Of a DNA stretch of 64,000 nucleotides, positions 26,993 to 43,146 are shown piece by piece; position 1 is the stretch's first letter; each line of letters begins with the position of its first letter. The notes under the pieces are model-generated. The model was not told the origin of the DNA, did not search any database, and saw nothing but the letters and a program-made list of their open reading frames with translations. The stretch comes from Eledone cirrhosa. Taxonomy: Eukaryota. A program made the position numbers and the translations under genes. The stretch spans positions 289,664,001 to 289,728,000 of the forward strand of contig OZ024741.1 in assembly GCA_964016885.1 (NCBI GenBank). The letters are read 5' to 3'.

Positions 26993-29900
26993 GTACCACC
27001 ACCACCACTATCACTACCAATACCACCACCAGCACTATCTCTACCAATACCACCACCACCACTATCTCTACCAATACCACCACTACCACTATCACTACCA
27101 ATACCACCACCACCACTATCACTACCAATACCAATACCACCACTATCACTACCAATACCACCACTACCACTATCTCTACCAATACCACCACCACCACTAT
27201 CACTACCAATACCACCACTACCACTATCTCTACCAATACCACCACCACCACTATCTCTACCAATACCACCACCACCACTATCACTACCAATACCACCACC
27301 ACCACTATCTCTACCAATACCACCACCACCACCACTATCTCTACCAATACCACCACCACCACTATCTCTACCAATACCACCACCACCACTATCTCTACCA
27401 ATACCACAACGACCACTATCTTTACCAATACCACCACCACCACTATCTCTACCAATACCACCACCACCACCACTATCTCTACCAATACCACCACCACCAC
27501 CACTATCTCTACCAATACCACCACCACCACTATCTCTACCAATACCACCACCACCACTATCTCTACCAATACCACAACGACCACTATCTCTACCAATACC
27601 ACCACCACCACTATCTCTACCAATACCACCACCACCACTATCTCTACCAATACCACAACGACCACTATCTCTACCAATACCACCACCACCACTATCTCTA
27701 CCAATACCACCACCACCACCACTATCTCTACCAATACCACCACCACCACCACCACTATCTCTACCAATACCACCACCACCACTATCTCTACCAATACCAC
27801 CACCACCACTATCTCTACCAATACCACCACCACCACTATCACTACCAATACCACCACCACCACTATCTCTACCAATACCACCACCACCACTATCTCTACC
27901 AACACCACCACCACCACTATCTCTACCAATACCACCACCACCACTATCTCTACCAACACCACCACCACCACTATCTCTACCAATACCACCACCACCACTA
28001 TCTCTACCAATACCACCACCACCACTATCTCTACCAATACCACCACCACCACTATCACTACCAATACCACCACCACCACTATCTCTACCAATACCACCAC
28101 CACCACTATCTCTACCAACACCACCACCACCACTATCTCTACCAATACCACCACCACCACTATCTCTACCAATACCACCACCACCACCACTATCTCTACC
28201 AATACCACCAACACCACTATCTCTACCAATACCACCACCACCACTATCTCTACCAATACCACCACGACCACTATCACTACCAATACCACCACCACCACTA
28301 TCTCTACCAATACCACCACTACCACTATCACTACCAATACCACCACCACCACTATCTCTACCAATACCACCACCACCACTATCACTACCAATACCACCAC
28401 CACCACTATCACTACCAATACCACCACCACCACTATCTCTACCAATACCACCACTACCACTATCTCTACCAATACCACCACCACCACTATCACTACCAAT
28501 ACCACCACGACCACTATCACTACCAATACCACCACCACCACTATCTCTACCAATACCACCACTACCACTATCACTACCAATACCACCACCACCACTATCT
28601 CTACCAATACCACCACCACCACTATCACTACCAATACCACCACCACCACTATCACTACCAATACCACCACCACCACTATCTCTACCAATACCACCACCAC
28701 CACTATCTCTACCAATACCACCACCACCACTATCACTACCAATACCACCACCACCACTATCACTACCAATACCACCACCACCACTATCTCTACCAATACC
28801 ACCACCACCACTATCTCTACCAATACCACCACCACCACTATCTCTACCAATACCACCACCACCACTATCACTACCAATACCACCACCACCACTATCACTA
28901 CCAATACCACCACCACCACTATCTCTACCAATACCACCACCACCACTATCACTACCAATACCACCACCACCACTATCACTACCAATACCACCACCACCAC
29001 TATCACTACCAATACCACCACCACCACTATCTCTACCAATACCACCACCACCACTATCACTACCAATACCACCACCACCACTATCTCTACCAATACCACC
29101 ACCACCACTATCTCTACCAATACCACCACCACCACTATCTCTACCAATACCACCACCACCACTATCTCTACCAATACCACCACCACCACTATCTCTACCA
29201 ATACCACCACCACCACTATCTCTACCAATACCACCACCACCACTATCTCTACCAATACCACCACCACCACTATCTCTACCAATACCACCACCACCACTAT
29301 CACTACCAATACCACCACCACCACTATCTCTACCAATACCACCACCACCACTATCTCTACCAATACCACCACCACCACTATCTCTACCAATACCACCACC
29401 ACCACTATCTCTACCAATACCACCACCACCACTATCTCTACCAATACCACCACCACCACTATCTCTACCAATACCACCACCACCACTATCTCTACCAATA
29501 CCACCACTACCACTATCTCTACCAATACCACCACCACCACTATCACTACCAATACCACCACCACCACTATCTCTACCAATACCACCACCACCACTATCTC
29601 TACCAATACCACCACTACCACTATCTCTACCAATACCACCACCACCACTATCACTACCAATACCACCACCACCACTATCTCTACCAATACCACCACCACC
29701 ACTATCTCTACCAATACCACCACCACCACTATCTCTACCAATACCACCACCTACCACTATCTCTACCAATACCACCACCACCACTATCTCTACCAATACC
29801 ACCACCACCACTATCTCTACCAATACCACCACCACCACTATCTCTACCAATACCACCACCACCACTATCTCTACCAATACCACCACCACCACTATCTCTA

Positions 29901-32900
29901 CCAATACCACCACCACCACTATCTCTACCAATACCACCACCACCACTATCTCTACCAATACCACCACCACCACGATCTCTACCAATACCACCACGACCAC
30001 TATCTCTACCAATACCACCACCACCACTATCTCTACCAATACCACCACTACCACTATCTCTACCAATACCACCACCACCACTATCTCTACCAATACCACC
30101 ACTACCACTATCTCTACCAATACCACCACCACCACTATCACTACCAATACCACCACCACCACTATCACTACCAATACCACCACCACCACTATCACTACCA
30201 ATACCACCACCACCACTATCTCTACCAATACCACCACCACCACTATCACTACCAATACCACCACCACCACTATCACTACCAATACCACCACCACCACTAT
30301 CTCTACCAATACCACCACCACCACTATCTCTACCAATACCACCACCACCACTATCTCTACCAATACCACCACCACCACTATCTCTACCAATACCACAACG
30401 ACCACTATCTCTACCAATACCACCACCACCACTATCTCTACCAATACCACCACCACCACCACTATCTCTACCAATACCACCACCACCACTATCTCTACCA
30501 ATACCACCACCACCACTATCTCTACCAATACCACCACCACCACTATCTCTACCAATACCACCACCACCACTATCTCTACCAATACCACCACGACCACTAT
30601 CTCTACCAATACCACCAACCACCACTATCTCTACCGAATACGCACCACCACCACTATCACTACCAATACCACCGACCACCACTATCACTACCAATACCAC
30701 CACTACCACTATCACTACCAATGACCACCACCACCACTATCTCTACAATACCACCACCACCACTATCTCTACCAATACCACCACCACCACTATCTCTACC
30801 AATACCACCACACCACTATCTCTACCAATACCTACCACCACCACTATCTCTACCAATACCACCACCACCACTATCACTACCAATACCACCACTACGACTA
30901 TCTCTACAATACCACCACCACCACTATCACTACCAATACCACCACTACCACTATCACTACCAATACCACCACCGACCACTATCACTACAATACCACCACT
31001 ACCGTAATCTCTACCAATAACCACCACCACCACTATCACTACCAATACCACCACCGACCACTATCACTACCAATACCACCACTACCACTATCTCTACCAA
31101 TACCACCACCACCACTATCACTACCAATACCACCACCACCACTATCTCTACCAATACCACCACCACCACTATCACTACCAATACCACCAACCACCACTAT
31201 CACTACCAATACCACCACCACCACTATCTCTACCAATACCACCACTACCACTATCTCTACCAATACCACCACCACCACTATCACTACCATACCACCACTA
31301 CCACTATCTCTACAATACCACCACCACCACTATCACTACCAATACCACCACTACCACTATCTCTACCAATACCACCACCACCACTATCACTACCAATACC
31401 ACCACCACCACTATCTCTACCAATACCACCACTACCACTATCACTACCAATACCACCACCACCACTATCTCTACCAATACCACCACCACCACTATCTCTA
31501 CCAATACCACCACCACCACTATCTCTACCAATACCACCATTACCACTATCTCTACCAATACCACCACCACCACTATCACTACCAATACCACCACCACCAC
31601 TATCTCTACCAATACCACCACCACCACTATCACTACCAATACCACCACTACCACTATCTCTACCAATACCCCCACCACCACTATCACTACCAATACCACC
31701 ACTACCACTATCTCTACCAATACCACCACCACCACTATCACTACCAATACCACCACCACCACTATCTCTACCAATACCACCACTACCACTATCACTACCA
31801 ATACCACCACCACCACTATCTCTACCAATACCACCACCACCACTATCTCTACCAATACCACCACCACCACTATCTCTACCAATACCACCATTACCACTAT
31901 CTCTACCAATACCACCACCACCACTATCACTACCAATACCACCACCACCACTATCTCTACCAATACCACCACCACCACTATCACTACCAATACCACCACT
32001 ACCACTATCTCTACCAATACCCCCACCACCACTATCACTACCAATACCACCACTACCACTATCTCTACCAATACCACCACCACCACTATCACTACCAATA
32101 CCACCACCACCACTATCTCTACCAATACCACCACCACCACTATCACTACCAATACCACCACCACCACTATCACTACCAATACCACCACCACCACTATCTC
32201 TACCAATACCACCACCACCACTTCACTACACTACCACCACTACCACTATCACTACCAATACTCTACCACCACCACCACTATCACTACCAATACCACCACT
32301 ACCACTATCTCTACCAATACCACCACCACCACTATCACTACCAATACCACCACCACCACTATCTCTACCAATACCACCACCACTACTATCACTACCAATA
32401 CCACCACCACCACTATCTCTACCAATACCACCACCACCACTATCCCTACCAATACCACCACTACCACTATCTCTACCAATACAACCACCACCACTATCAC
32501 TACCAATACCACCACCACCACTATCTCTACCAAAACCACCACTACCACTATCTCTACCAAAACCACCACCACCACTATCTCTACCAATACCACCACCACC
32601 ACTATCTCTACCAATACCACCACCACCACTATCTCTACCAAAACCACCACCACCACTATCTCTACCAATACCACCACCACCACTATCTCTACCAATACCA
32701 CCATTACCACTATCTCTACCAATACCACCATTACCACTATCTCTACCAATACCACCACCACCACTATCTCTACCAATACCACCATTACCACTATCTCTAC
32801 CAATACCACCACCACCACTATCTCTACCAATACCACCATTACCACTATCTCTACCAATACCACCACCACCACTATCTCTACCAATACCACCACCACCACT

Positions 32901-34425
32901 ATCTCTACCAATACCACCATTACCACTATCTCTACCAATACCACCACCACCACTATCTCTACCAATACCACCACCACCACTATCTCTACCAATACCACTA
33001 CCACCACTATCTCTACCAATACCAACAACACCACTATCTCTACCAATACCACCACCACCACTATCTCTACCAATTCCACCACCACCACTATCTCTACCAA
33101 TACCACCACTACCACTATCTCTACCAATACCATCCACGACCACTATCTCTACCAATACCACCACCACCACTATCACTACCAATACCACCACCACCACTAT
33201 CTCTACCAATACCACCACCACCACCACCACCACTATCTCTACCAATACCACCACGACCACTATCTCTACCAATACCACCACCACCACTATCTCTACCAAT
33301 ACCACCACCACCACTATCTCTACCAATACCACCACCACCACTATCACTACCAATACCACCACCACCACTATCACTACCAATACCACCACCACCACTATCT
33401 CTACCAATACCACCACCACCACTATCTCTACCAATACCACCACCACCACTATCTCTACCAATACCACCACCACCACTATCTCTACCAATACCACCACCAC
33501 CACTATCTCTACCAATACCACCACCACCACTATCTCTACCAATACCACCACCACCACTATCTCTACCAATACCACCACCACCACTATCTCTACCAATACC
33601 ACCACCACCACTATCACTACCAATACCACCACCACCACTATCTCTACCAATACCACCACCACCACTATCACTACCAATACCACCACCACCACTATCACTA
33701 CCAATACCACCACCACCACTATCACTACCAATACCACCACCACCACTATCTCTACCAATACCACCACCACCACTATCTCTACCAATACCACCACCACCAC
33801 TATCTCTACCAATACCACCACCACCACTATCACTACCAATACCACCACCACCACTATCACTACCAATACCACCACCACCACTATCACTACCAATACCACC
33901 ACCACCACTATCACTACCAATACCACCACCACCACTATCTCTACCAATACCACCACCACCACTATCACTACCAATACCACCACCACCACTATCACTACCA
34001 ATACCACCACTACCACTAACTCTACCAATACCACCACCACCACTATCTCTACCAATACCACCACCACCACTATCACTACCAATACCACCACCACCACTAT
34101 CTCTACCAATACCACCACCACTATCTCTACCAATACCACCACCACCACTATCACTACCAATACCACCACTACCACTATCTCTACCAATACCACCACCACC
34201 ACTATCTCTACCAATACCACCACCACCACTATCACTACCAATACCACCACCACCACTATCTCTACCAATACCACCACCACCACTATCTCTACCAATACCA
34301 CCACCACCACTATCTCTACCAATACCACCACCACCACCACTATCACTACCAATACCACCACCACCACTATCTCCACCAATACCACCACCACCACTATCTC
34401 CACCAATACCACCACTACTACTATC
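26993..34425. repeat. 7.4-kb 24-bp minisatellite CCACTATC(T/A)CTACCAATACCACCA
   Basis: About 300 units with +/-3-bp CCA slippage variants. Confidence 0.97.
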
Positions 34426-34549
34426 ATCATCATCACCATCATCATCATCGTCATAATGATTATCATCTTATTTACACTGCCAGGCTTATGTCACCAAATA
34501 TTAAGTTGTTCTGCTTAAATTTTAAAGTTTGTTACAATTCTAGATTTTA

Positions 34550-34729
34550 TTGTTGTTTTTGTTGTAGTTGTTGTTGTTGTTGTTGTAGTTGTTGTTGTTG
34601 TAGTTGTTACTAGGGCAGTTGTTGTAGTTGTTACTAGGGCAGTTGTTGTTGTAGTTGTTGTTGTTGTTGTTGTTGTAGTTGTTACTAGGGCAGTTGTTGT
34701 AGTTGTTACTAGGGCAGTTGTTGTTGTAG

Positions 34730-34760
<31 letters not shown>

Positions 34761-34813
34761 AGTTGTTACTAGGGCAGTTGTTGTAGTTGTTGTTGTAGTT
34801 GTTACTAGGGCAG

Positions 34814-34844
<31 letters not shown>

Positions 34845-35520
34845 AGTTGTTACTTGGGCAGTTGTTGTAGTTGTTGTTGTTGTTACTGGGGCAGTTGTTG
34901 TTGTTGTTGTTGTTACTGGGGCAGTTGTTGTTGTTGTTGTTGTTGTTGTTACTCGGGCAGTTGTTGTTCTAGTTGTTGTTACTGGGGCAGTTGTTGTTGT
35001 TGTAGTTGTTGTTGTTACTGGGGCAGTTGTTGTTGTTGTAGTTGTTGTTGTAGTTGTTGTTGTTGTTTCTGCTGTCGTTGTTGTAGTTGTTGTTGTTGTT
35101 ACTGCTGTCGTTGTTGTTGTTAATGTAGTTTTCTTGGTGTTTTGGTTGTTGTATTTTATCGTTGCTGTTCTTGATTATAATTATGATGACATTGATGGGG
35201 ATTGGGAGGAGTGTATAGCGTCCCATGATGATGATAATGATGGTCATGATGATGCTAATGATGGTGATGATGATGATGATCATGATAAGGATGATAATGA
35301 TGTTGATAATGATGATGATGATAGCGGTTGAGATAATCATAGGATTGATGTTAGCAAACAACAACCGCGACGACGCAGATGATGATGGTAATGATGATGA
35401 TGATGGTGATGATGATGATGATGATGGTAATGATGATGATGATGATGGTAATGATGATGATGATGATAATGCTAAAGTTGATTATGACGATGTTGATGAT
35501 AATAATGATAGTGATTTAAT
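34550..35520. repeat. (TTG)n-derived minisatellite with ACT(A/G)GGGCAG spacers, followed by (GAT)n tracts
   Basis: Direct reading. Confidence 0.88.
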
Positions 35521-36025
35521 AATAATGTTGATGAAGGCGGAAGCGATAATACTGACAGTGTCAGCGGGGACGGGGTTTGACTATGACGTCGACGGGGCTG
35601 ATGCCGAAAAGCGGGCATAAGCTAATGCAATTAAGCTGTTTAGGGCTAATTCAATGACACAAACTGCACACTCAATATGCAACATGCATAATTACACATG
35701 CATTCGCGTCGAAAAGTGCCGGCTGTGTAGGGTTGGTTGGGTTTGGCGTACTCGTGTTGTTGTTCTGTGCTGGTCTGGTCTGGTGTGGGGTGGTGTGTTA
35801 GGTTTAGTTGGAAGGAAGGCGAAGTAGGGGAGCTTAGATGGAATTTGTTTGCGAGAGATGAATTTTGTGGGGCGAGGGTTACGGCGTAAGGCAGAAGTGT
35901 ATGTATGTGTGTATATGTGTGTGTATGTGTGTGTATGTTTATGTGAGTATATGTGTGTATGTACGTGTGTATATGTGTGTATGTGTGTGTATGTTTATGT
36001 GTGTATATGTGTGTGTGTATGTTTA

Positions 36026-36072
<47 letters not shown>

Positions 36073-36627
36073 TTATGTGAGTATATGTGTGTATGTACGT
36101 GTGTATATGTGTGCATGTGTGTGTATGTTTATGTGTGTATATGTGTGTATGTGTGTGTATGTTTATGTGAGTATATGTGTGTATGTACGTGTGTATATGT
36201 GTGTATGTGTGTGTATGATTATGTGAGTATATGTGTGTATGTTTATGTGAGTATATGTGTGTATGAGTGTGTGACTGTGTGTATGAATGTAGTAAGTGAT
36301 GATAGTGTTAGTTCTGTTGGAAGTTGTGTTTCAGGCTTTTGGTGTAACCTTGATTGATGACGCTACGTGAGTGCCTATAATTAGTACATCATATGTACAC
36401 AATCGTTTACGTACGCACACGCAAACACATACACACACATACACACATACAAACACACACACATACACACACACATACACACATGCATACACACACACAC
36501 AAACATACAAACATAGAAACACACATAAACGCACATACAAACAAACACGTACACACATACATATATATACATATGTATCTATGTATGTATGTATATATAT
36601 ATATAAATATATATATATATATGTATA

Positions 36628-36727
<100 letters not shown>

Positions 36728-36733
36728 TAAATA

Positions 36734-36913
<180 letters not shown>

Positions 36914-37415
36914 CACGTTGTATGCATGTTTGTTCATAGATTTGCATATATTCCTTTCATGATCACTCTCTTAGGCAGTGAATAGAAATATATACCTGCA
37001 TGCTCACATACACACACATATACGCAACTTGTGCACACGCTTAAACACACGTAAACCCCAACACAAATACACATACACACACTCACATGCTGCGTTAATA
37101 TTGTGGGTCTAATAACAAGTATTTGGTCGTATATCTGCCATTGATAGTCCTGTGCAAATGAAGTAGGTTCACACACACACACACGCACACACACACACAC
37201 ACACATGCACACAAACACTCTCACTCACAAACAAACACACACATACACAAACACACACACACACAAACACACACACATACATACACCAACACACACACGC
37301 ACACACACACATTCATACACACACACACATATATATATATATATAATACATTTTTGGGGAAGAAACAGGGAGCTGTGTAGTTACTTGATAGAGTGTATTT
37401 AAAAATAAAAGGAAA

Positions 37416-37454
<39 letters not shown>

Positions 37455-38739
37455 TGTATGTGTGTCTGTGTCCGTGTGTGTATATATATGTATATATACA
37501 TATATATATAAGAAAAATGGAGTGCTGCGTGGTTGCACATGGGTTACAAATGAGTAAAATTAGTCCTTCATCAGTGATCTTCCAACCTTCATTGGTATTT
37601 CAGCGCTTTAAAAATCATATACCTCTGGTTGGTGCGAGCAATAACTAAATAAAGTTATTGGGACAAGTAAATTAGCGTGAAGCGAGCGAGACATGTAAAC
37701 AAACAAAGGTGGTATTGCAACGGAAAGATAGGAAGAGACAAGTACATGATATCTATAAGCTTAAGTTTGGTGAAGTCATGGACGAGAGATACAGACCATC
37801 CGACATGGGTGAGATGTGAGCGAGAAAAGGATTTCACACAGGTCAAACGGGAGGAAGTGAGAGAGGGGGAGAAGCAGAGAGTGAGTGAGTGGAAGTGTGA
37901 GGAAGAAGCCAGCTGAGAGAGAGTGTGACTGGCAGAGGGGGTTAAAAGAAGGTGAGAGATACAGAGAGAGGGGAAGCAGTAAGAAAGAAACAGACAATCA
38001 CAACTGAGGAAAAAATATAAATATATATATATATATATACAGTATATACGTGTGTGTGTGTGTGAGTTTGTGTGTGTGTATGTGTCTATGTGTGTATATA
38101 TATATACGTGTGTGTATGTGTGTTTGTGTGTGTTTGTGTGAGTGTGCGTGTGTAGATACAATCCTGCAACTATACGAGTACATACATATGATAAGTCTTT
38201 GTGAAGTTTCTGTACAATTTCAGTCTATTAAATTCCATAGTAAACGACACGACACGTATCGCACTCTACACAGTGTGGTTGCGAAAAATAACACACACAC
38301 TCATATTTACATATCATTATTTAATAAAAGCTATTTTTAACATTTGGCACAAACCTTCAAATTTAAGTGTGTTTTTGTGCATAATCGTTTTAAAGTGATT
38401 CTACCCAGTTTGCTACTTAACTTATCGACACCACCCTCACCAGAGGGATTTGAACACTAAACAGAGAATAGCGAAATTAAATACTCTCAGACATTCACTT
38501 GGCACTTTACCATTTCTTTCTCTACCCCCGCCCACACGACCACTTCTCCCACGACCCTAATAAGAACATAAATATGGGTCCTTAGATCAGTGTAACGCCA
38601 GAAATCTCGGAGGAGAGCAGTAAATATATGGATTTGGTGGTTCGTTGACAATTTAATTGAATATAGTAATTAGTTAGTATTTATTTTATCGACTAAAGCA
38701 AATAATAGATTTTATTATATTTGCGAGTAGGCAGAAGTA

Positions 38740-39408
38740 GGGCGGTGGATTGGCTGAGTCATAAGAGAGTTGGAGAAATGCTTAGCAGTATTATTCCGGC
38801 TTTATATGTTCTAAGTTCAAATCCCGCCGAGGTTAGCTTTGCCTTTTATCCTTACGGGGTCGATAGAATAAAGCATCGGTAATGCACTGAAGTCGATTTA
38901 ATCGCCTTTTCCCTCCCCCAAATTGTTGCCATTGTGCCTATAGTAAGGGCGGTGAATTTGCAGTATCGGTAGAGCGTTGCACACTATGCTTTTGCAGCAT
39001 GGAGTTACGGCCCTTTACGTTCTGAGTTCAAATCCCTCCGAGGTTAGCTTTGCCTTTCACTCTTAAGAGGTCGATAAAATAAAGGGGTAGTAATGCACTG
39101 AGGTCGATTTAATCGACTTTCCCCTTCGCTAAAATTGTTGCTCTTGTGCCTATAGTAGAAATCATTATATCTGCTCGTAGATAAAAGCAGGGCGTTGGTT
39201 TGGCTGAGTTAGAAGAGAGTTGGAGAAATACTTAGCAGTATTTCTTCCGGCTTTTTATGTTCTCAGTTCAAATTCCGTTGAGGTCAACTTTAACTTTCGT
39301 TTTCCTGGGGCAAATGAAATATAGTACCAGTCAAGTATTGGGTGGATTTAATCGACATTCCCTTTCCTAAAACTAGCTGAACTTTTGCTTAAACTAGAAA
39401 ATATTATA
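38740..39408 (+). mobile_element. Three head-to-tail copies of the same SINE
   Basis: Units start with gggcggtg/gggcgttg at ~38740, 38947 and 39190. Each has the gttcaaat B-box and the conserved core. Confidence 0.78.
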
Positions 39409-39629
39409 TTTGCTAAAGAGGTAGCTGAAATAAGGAACATTTAAGTTTCACCCAGAAGAAAAAAAACCAGTTGAGTCTTCGGATATTGAACAAAATGAAA
39501 TAGTGTTACTATTTCTTTTCTTGGTGCTGGTTTCTGAGATGATAATATATATACAGAGAACTCACTTTTACACTCAAGTTACACACGCGCACAGGCAAAC
39601 TTACACACACATATATATATATGTGTAAA

Positions 39630-39801
<172 letters not shown>

Positions 39802-40136
39802 AGTATAAAGTGAGTGAGAAAAAGAACAGAGAAAAACAGTGAGGGAGAGAGAGTGAGAGAGAGAGGAAAGGAAGGTGCGAGAAAGTGATGGAGTAGTGTG
39901 GGACTATGAGGAAAATCTGACACTTTTATGGTGAGGAAATGTAGCTTATACAGATATTGGGTTGTTTAATAATAAGAACAATGCAATACATCCATACATT
40001 ACATACATATCCACATAAACAAATTTATATGTATATGGTATACAACCTTGTATAAGAATGTAAGCATCTTTGTGTCTGTCTTTCTTTCTCAATACACAGG
40101 CAATATATACATTCATACAAGGACACACACACACTC

Positions 40137-40437
<301 letters not shown>

Positions 40438-40564
40438 TATATATATATACACACACACACACACATATGTACATAATACACACATATGTACATAAATTCG
40501 TTATATATATTTATATATATATACACACACATATGTACATAAATATATATATACATATATATAT

Positions 40565-40952
40565 GGGATAACAAGTTATCGTTATAGGTGATCCACTTAG
40601 AGGTAGTCCAGTTAGACTACTCCGTGTTGTGGATGGTTTTAACGTCCGGCTTAGTTTGACTCAACAAGACGCTTCTATAGTGATGCAACGAGTTCGCGGT
40701 AATTTCTATACAGGTTATACTTGGAGTATTAATAGTTAAAAAAAGAAGAGTAACATGGTTGGCTGTACAATAAGGGCTTTATTCACTTGCTCTGATGTAT
40801 TGACTAGTTGTAAACAACGTATTGGAGATCGATTGACGCAGCATCAAGCGATTAGCGAACTCTAAACGCACCAGATCAACGAAACAATTGTCAGCACTTT
40901 AAATAAAGTCCTTATTGTACAGCCAACCATGTTACGCTTTTTTCTTTAACTA
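40565..40952. mobile_element. Foldback element with a decayed hammerhead motif between the arms
   Basis: Arms ~40733-40783 and 40902-40952. TGCT-CTGATGT...ttga...tcaac-GAAAC-AATT-GTC-AGCA at 40788-40896. TA-rich flanks. Confidence 0.6.
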
Positions 40953-40955
40953 TAT

Positions 40956-41040
<85 letters not shown>

Positions 41041-41042
<2 letters not shown>

Positions 41043-41487
41043 GGTTTGTGGTTCAGCACTGGATAGAATTGGTCAGTCCGTATGGTCAATCTTGATGTAA
41101 TATTATGGAGAGTACTCAACGTAGTGCAGTTCACCTGGCTTCGTTTGTGTAGTTGGTGGTGCGAATACGGAGTTAATTATTACAAATAAAATAACAGGAT
41201 GTTGGACTGGTGTAAATCCTTGAAAAATTTATTATACTATGATCATTTCAATGACCGGGTTCCGTATAAATCCGGTGTTATCATCAGGTATTCGAAATAT
41301 AACAAAGGAATATATAAAATCCATGGGTCCGAAAATCAGAGACAGAGAGGACGACTGACCAACTAGCTGCTTTCACCTCGGTCAGTCGCCCTCACCGGAT
41401 TCATACGGAACCCGGTCATTGAAATGATCATAGTATAATAAACTTTTCAAGGATTTACACCAGTCCAGCCTCCTGTTATTTTATTTG

Positions 41488-41490
<3 letters not shown>
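41041..41490 (-). mobile_element. Foldback element (family C) in (TA)n: ~96-bp arms plus tail
   Basis: Arms ~41182-41277 and 41393-41488. The tail 41041-41181 contains gtactcaac (reverse complement gttgagtac). (TA)n on both sides. Confidence 0.78.
41234..41291 (-). ncRNA. Minimal type I hammerhead ribozyme (palindromic loop III)
   Basis: The - strand reads ATAC-CTGATGA-taacACCGG...CCGGTcatt-GAAA-TGATCA-TA-GTAT. Canonical core with a minimal stem III and palindrome TGATCA. Confidence 0.72.
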
Positions 41491-41547
<57 letters not shown>

Positions 41548-41549
<2 letters not shown>

Positions 41550-41650
41550 TATATAGAAATGTCTTCTACAAGACTAGAACTGTTTTATTCATATGAAATC
41601 ATGAGGACATTCTTGATGATTTCATACGAATAAAACAGTTATAATCTCAA
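41548..41650 (+). mobile_element. Decayed family B foldback copy
   Basis: gactagaactgttttattcatatgaaatcatgagga...tcttgatgatttcatacgaataaaacagtt aligns to 18574-18680 and follows a (TA)n tract. Confidence 0.65.
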
Positions 41651-41867
41651 AGCACCGAAAGACACGAGGCTACAACATTGATGATATGTTCTGAGTTTTG
41701 TCTTAGCTCAAATATAGACATTTAGTTCATGATTTGGTCTGTTTTTAGAAATGTAATTTTTATGAGATTGGAATCCGAAGGTCATGTCCAGAAGATGCTT
41801 TGTCTAATGGCTTTGTTTTCCGAATGTATTATCTATGTATAAGGCATTCGATGATATCTTGCGTTTG

Positions 41868-41937
<70 letters not shown>

Positions 41938-42077
41938 AAATAGTATATATACATGTAGTGTAAGTGTATGTATATCTATGGAGATTATCGAATGGGAATA
42001 CAGTGGTTGGAGTAATAACGGTCTTGTTTACGTGTGTAAATATATATATATAAATGTATATACATACATATATATAT

Positions 42078-42280
42078 ATATTGTTATACTTGGGGAGGGT
42101 CATATTTGTGTAATATTGCCAGAATTAATAGCAGAACACACTCACAGAAGCGAGAAGCGAAAACCAACCAAACAGTGAGTGTGTTCTGTTATTAATTCTG
42201 GCAATATTACACAAATATGACCCTCCCCAAGTATAACAATATTTGTTTGGACACACGATTTCATATAAAAAACCTCGCAA

Positions 42281-42284
<4 letters not shown>
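42078..42284. mobile_element. Foldback element in (TA)n with ~68-bp arms and a short one-sided tail; no ribozyme core seen
   Basis: ttgttatacttgggagggtcatatttgtgtaatattgccagaattaat... and its near-perfect reverse complement at ~42174-42241. Confidence 0.6.
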
Positions 42285-42332
<48 letters not shown>

Positions 42333-42337
42333 ATATA

Positions 42338-42536
42338 TAACAAAGGAAGTGTGGTAAGGAGCCAGGTGGACCATAACGCCCGCAGAGTACTCAATACTTT
42401 GAATAGTAGAGTGGGTAATAGGAAGATGTTCAAGACCCCGACGGCAGAGCTCGAGTCGTTTCGACGGCTATTTCTGGAGTCCAGAAATAGCCGTCGAAAC
42501 GGCTCGAGCACTGCCGTCGGGGTCTTGAGCATCTTC

Positions 42537-42538
<2 letters not shown>
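42338..42538 (-). mobile_element. Family A foldback element, reverse orientation
   Basis: Tail at 42338-42420 (gagtactcaatac). Arms 42421-42478 and 42480-42537. (TA)n flanks. Confidence 0.8.
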
Positions 42539-42610
<72 letters not shown>

Positions 42611-43045
42611 GTAAACCTATGTTGATATGAGTGTAGCTAACGTCACGTGAGTTGAGTGTATGTGCAAAAGGCCTAAATATGACGACCCATGTGGTTACTT
42701 AAACGGTTGCTTACTAAATACGATCATCAATATGACAGGAAGTCGCATCAAACAGTACACGCCTACTTCCTGTCTCAACCATAGGGATGTCATTTGATGT
42801 TTTGATATACGTGTGTCAGTGACGTCGATTTATAGTGCTTTGTATGGAAAATAGAGAGAGAGAGAAAGGAGCAATTGGAGTACGGTGGTTTGTAAAGAGG
42901 AGCAGGAACAGAGATCTGAACGGAACAAAATGTGAGAGATTATAGAAATTATAAATACAGGGTGTAGAAGAGACATAGGGATTAGGGAAAGAAAGGGTTT
43001 CAAGTATGAGAGAGGAGAAGAGCAAGTAGCATTACGTTGATAGAC

Positions 43046-43146
<101 letters not shown>

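Noticed and set aside
30600-31320. Indel-rich patch within the 24-bp array
   Set aside because: Scattered 1-bp indels in an otherwise clean array look like long-read consensus error.
26901-34466. Giant ORFs (HHHHYLYQY, GGGGIGRDS, poly-V) resembling His- or Gly-rich structural proteins
   Set aside because: The 24-bp stop-poor satellite is open in most frames on both strands and has many frameshifts. No unique flanking domain or splice evidence was seen.
34854-35123. Cys-rich ORF resembling metallothionein or keratin-associated protein
   Set aside because: It has a TTG start and is simply the TGT frame of a (TTG)n minisatellite that has in-frame TAG stops in upstream units.
42078-42284. Interpretation of the foldbacks as Tc1/mariner MITEs with TA target-site duplications
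   Set aside because: One-sided tails, variable apex positions within one family and ribozyme cores do not fit symmetric TIR elements. This is not excluded for this copy or the 47319 copy, which lack a visible ribozyme.
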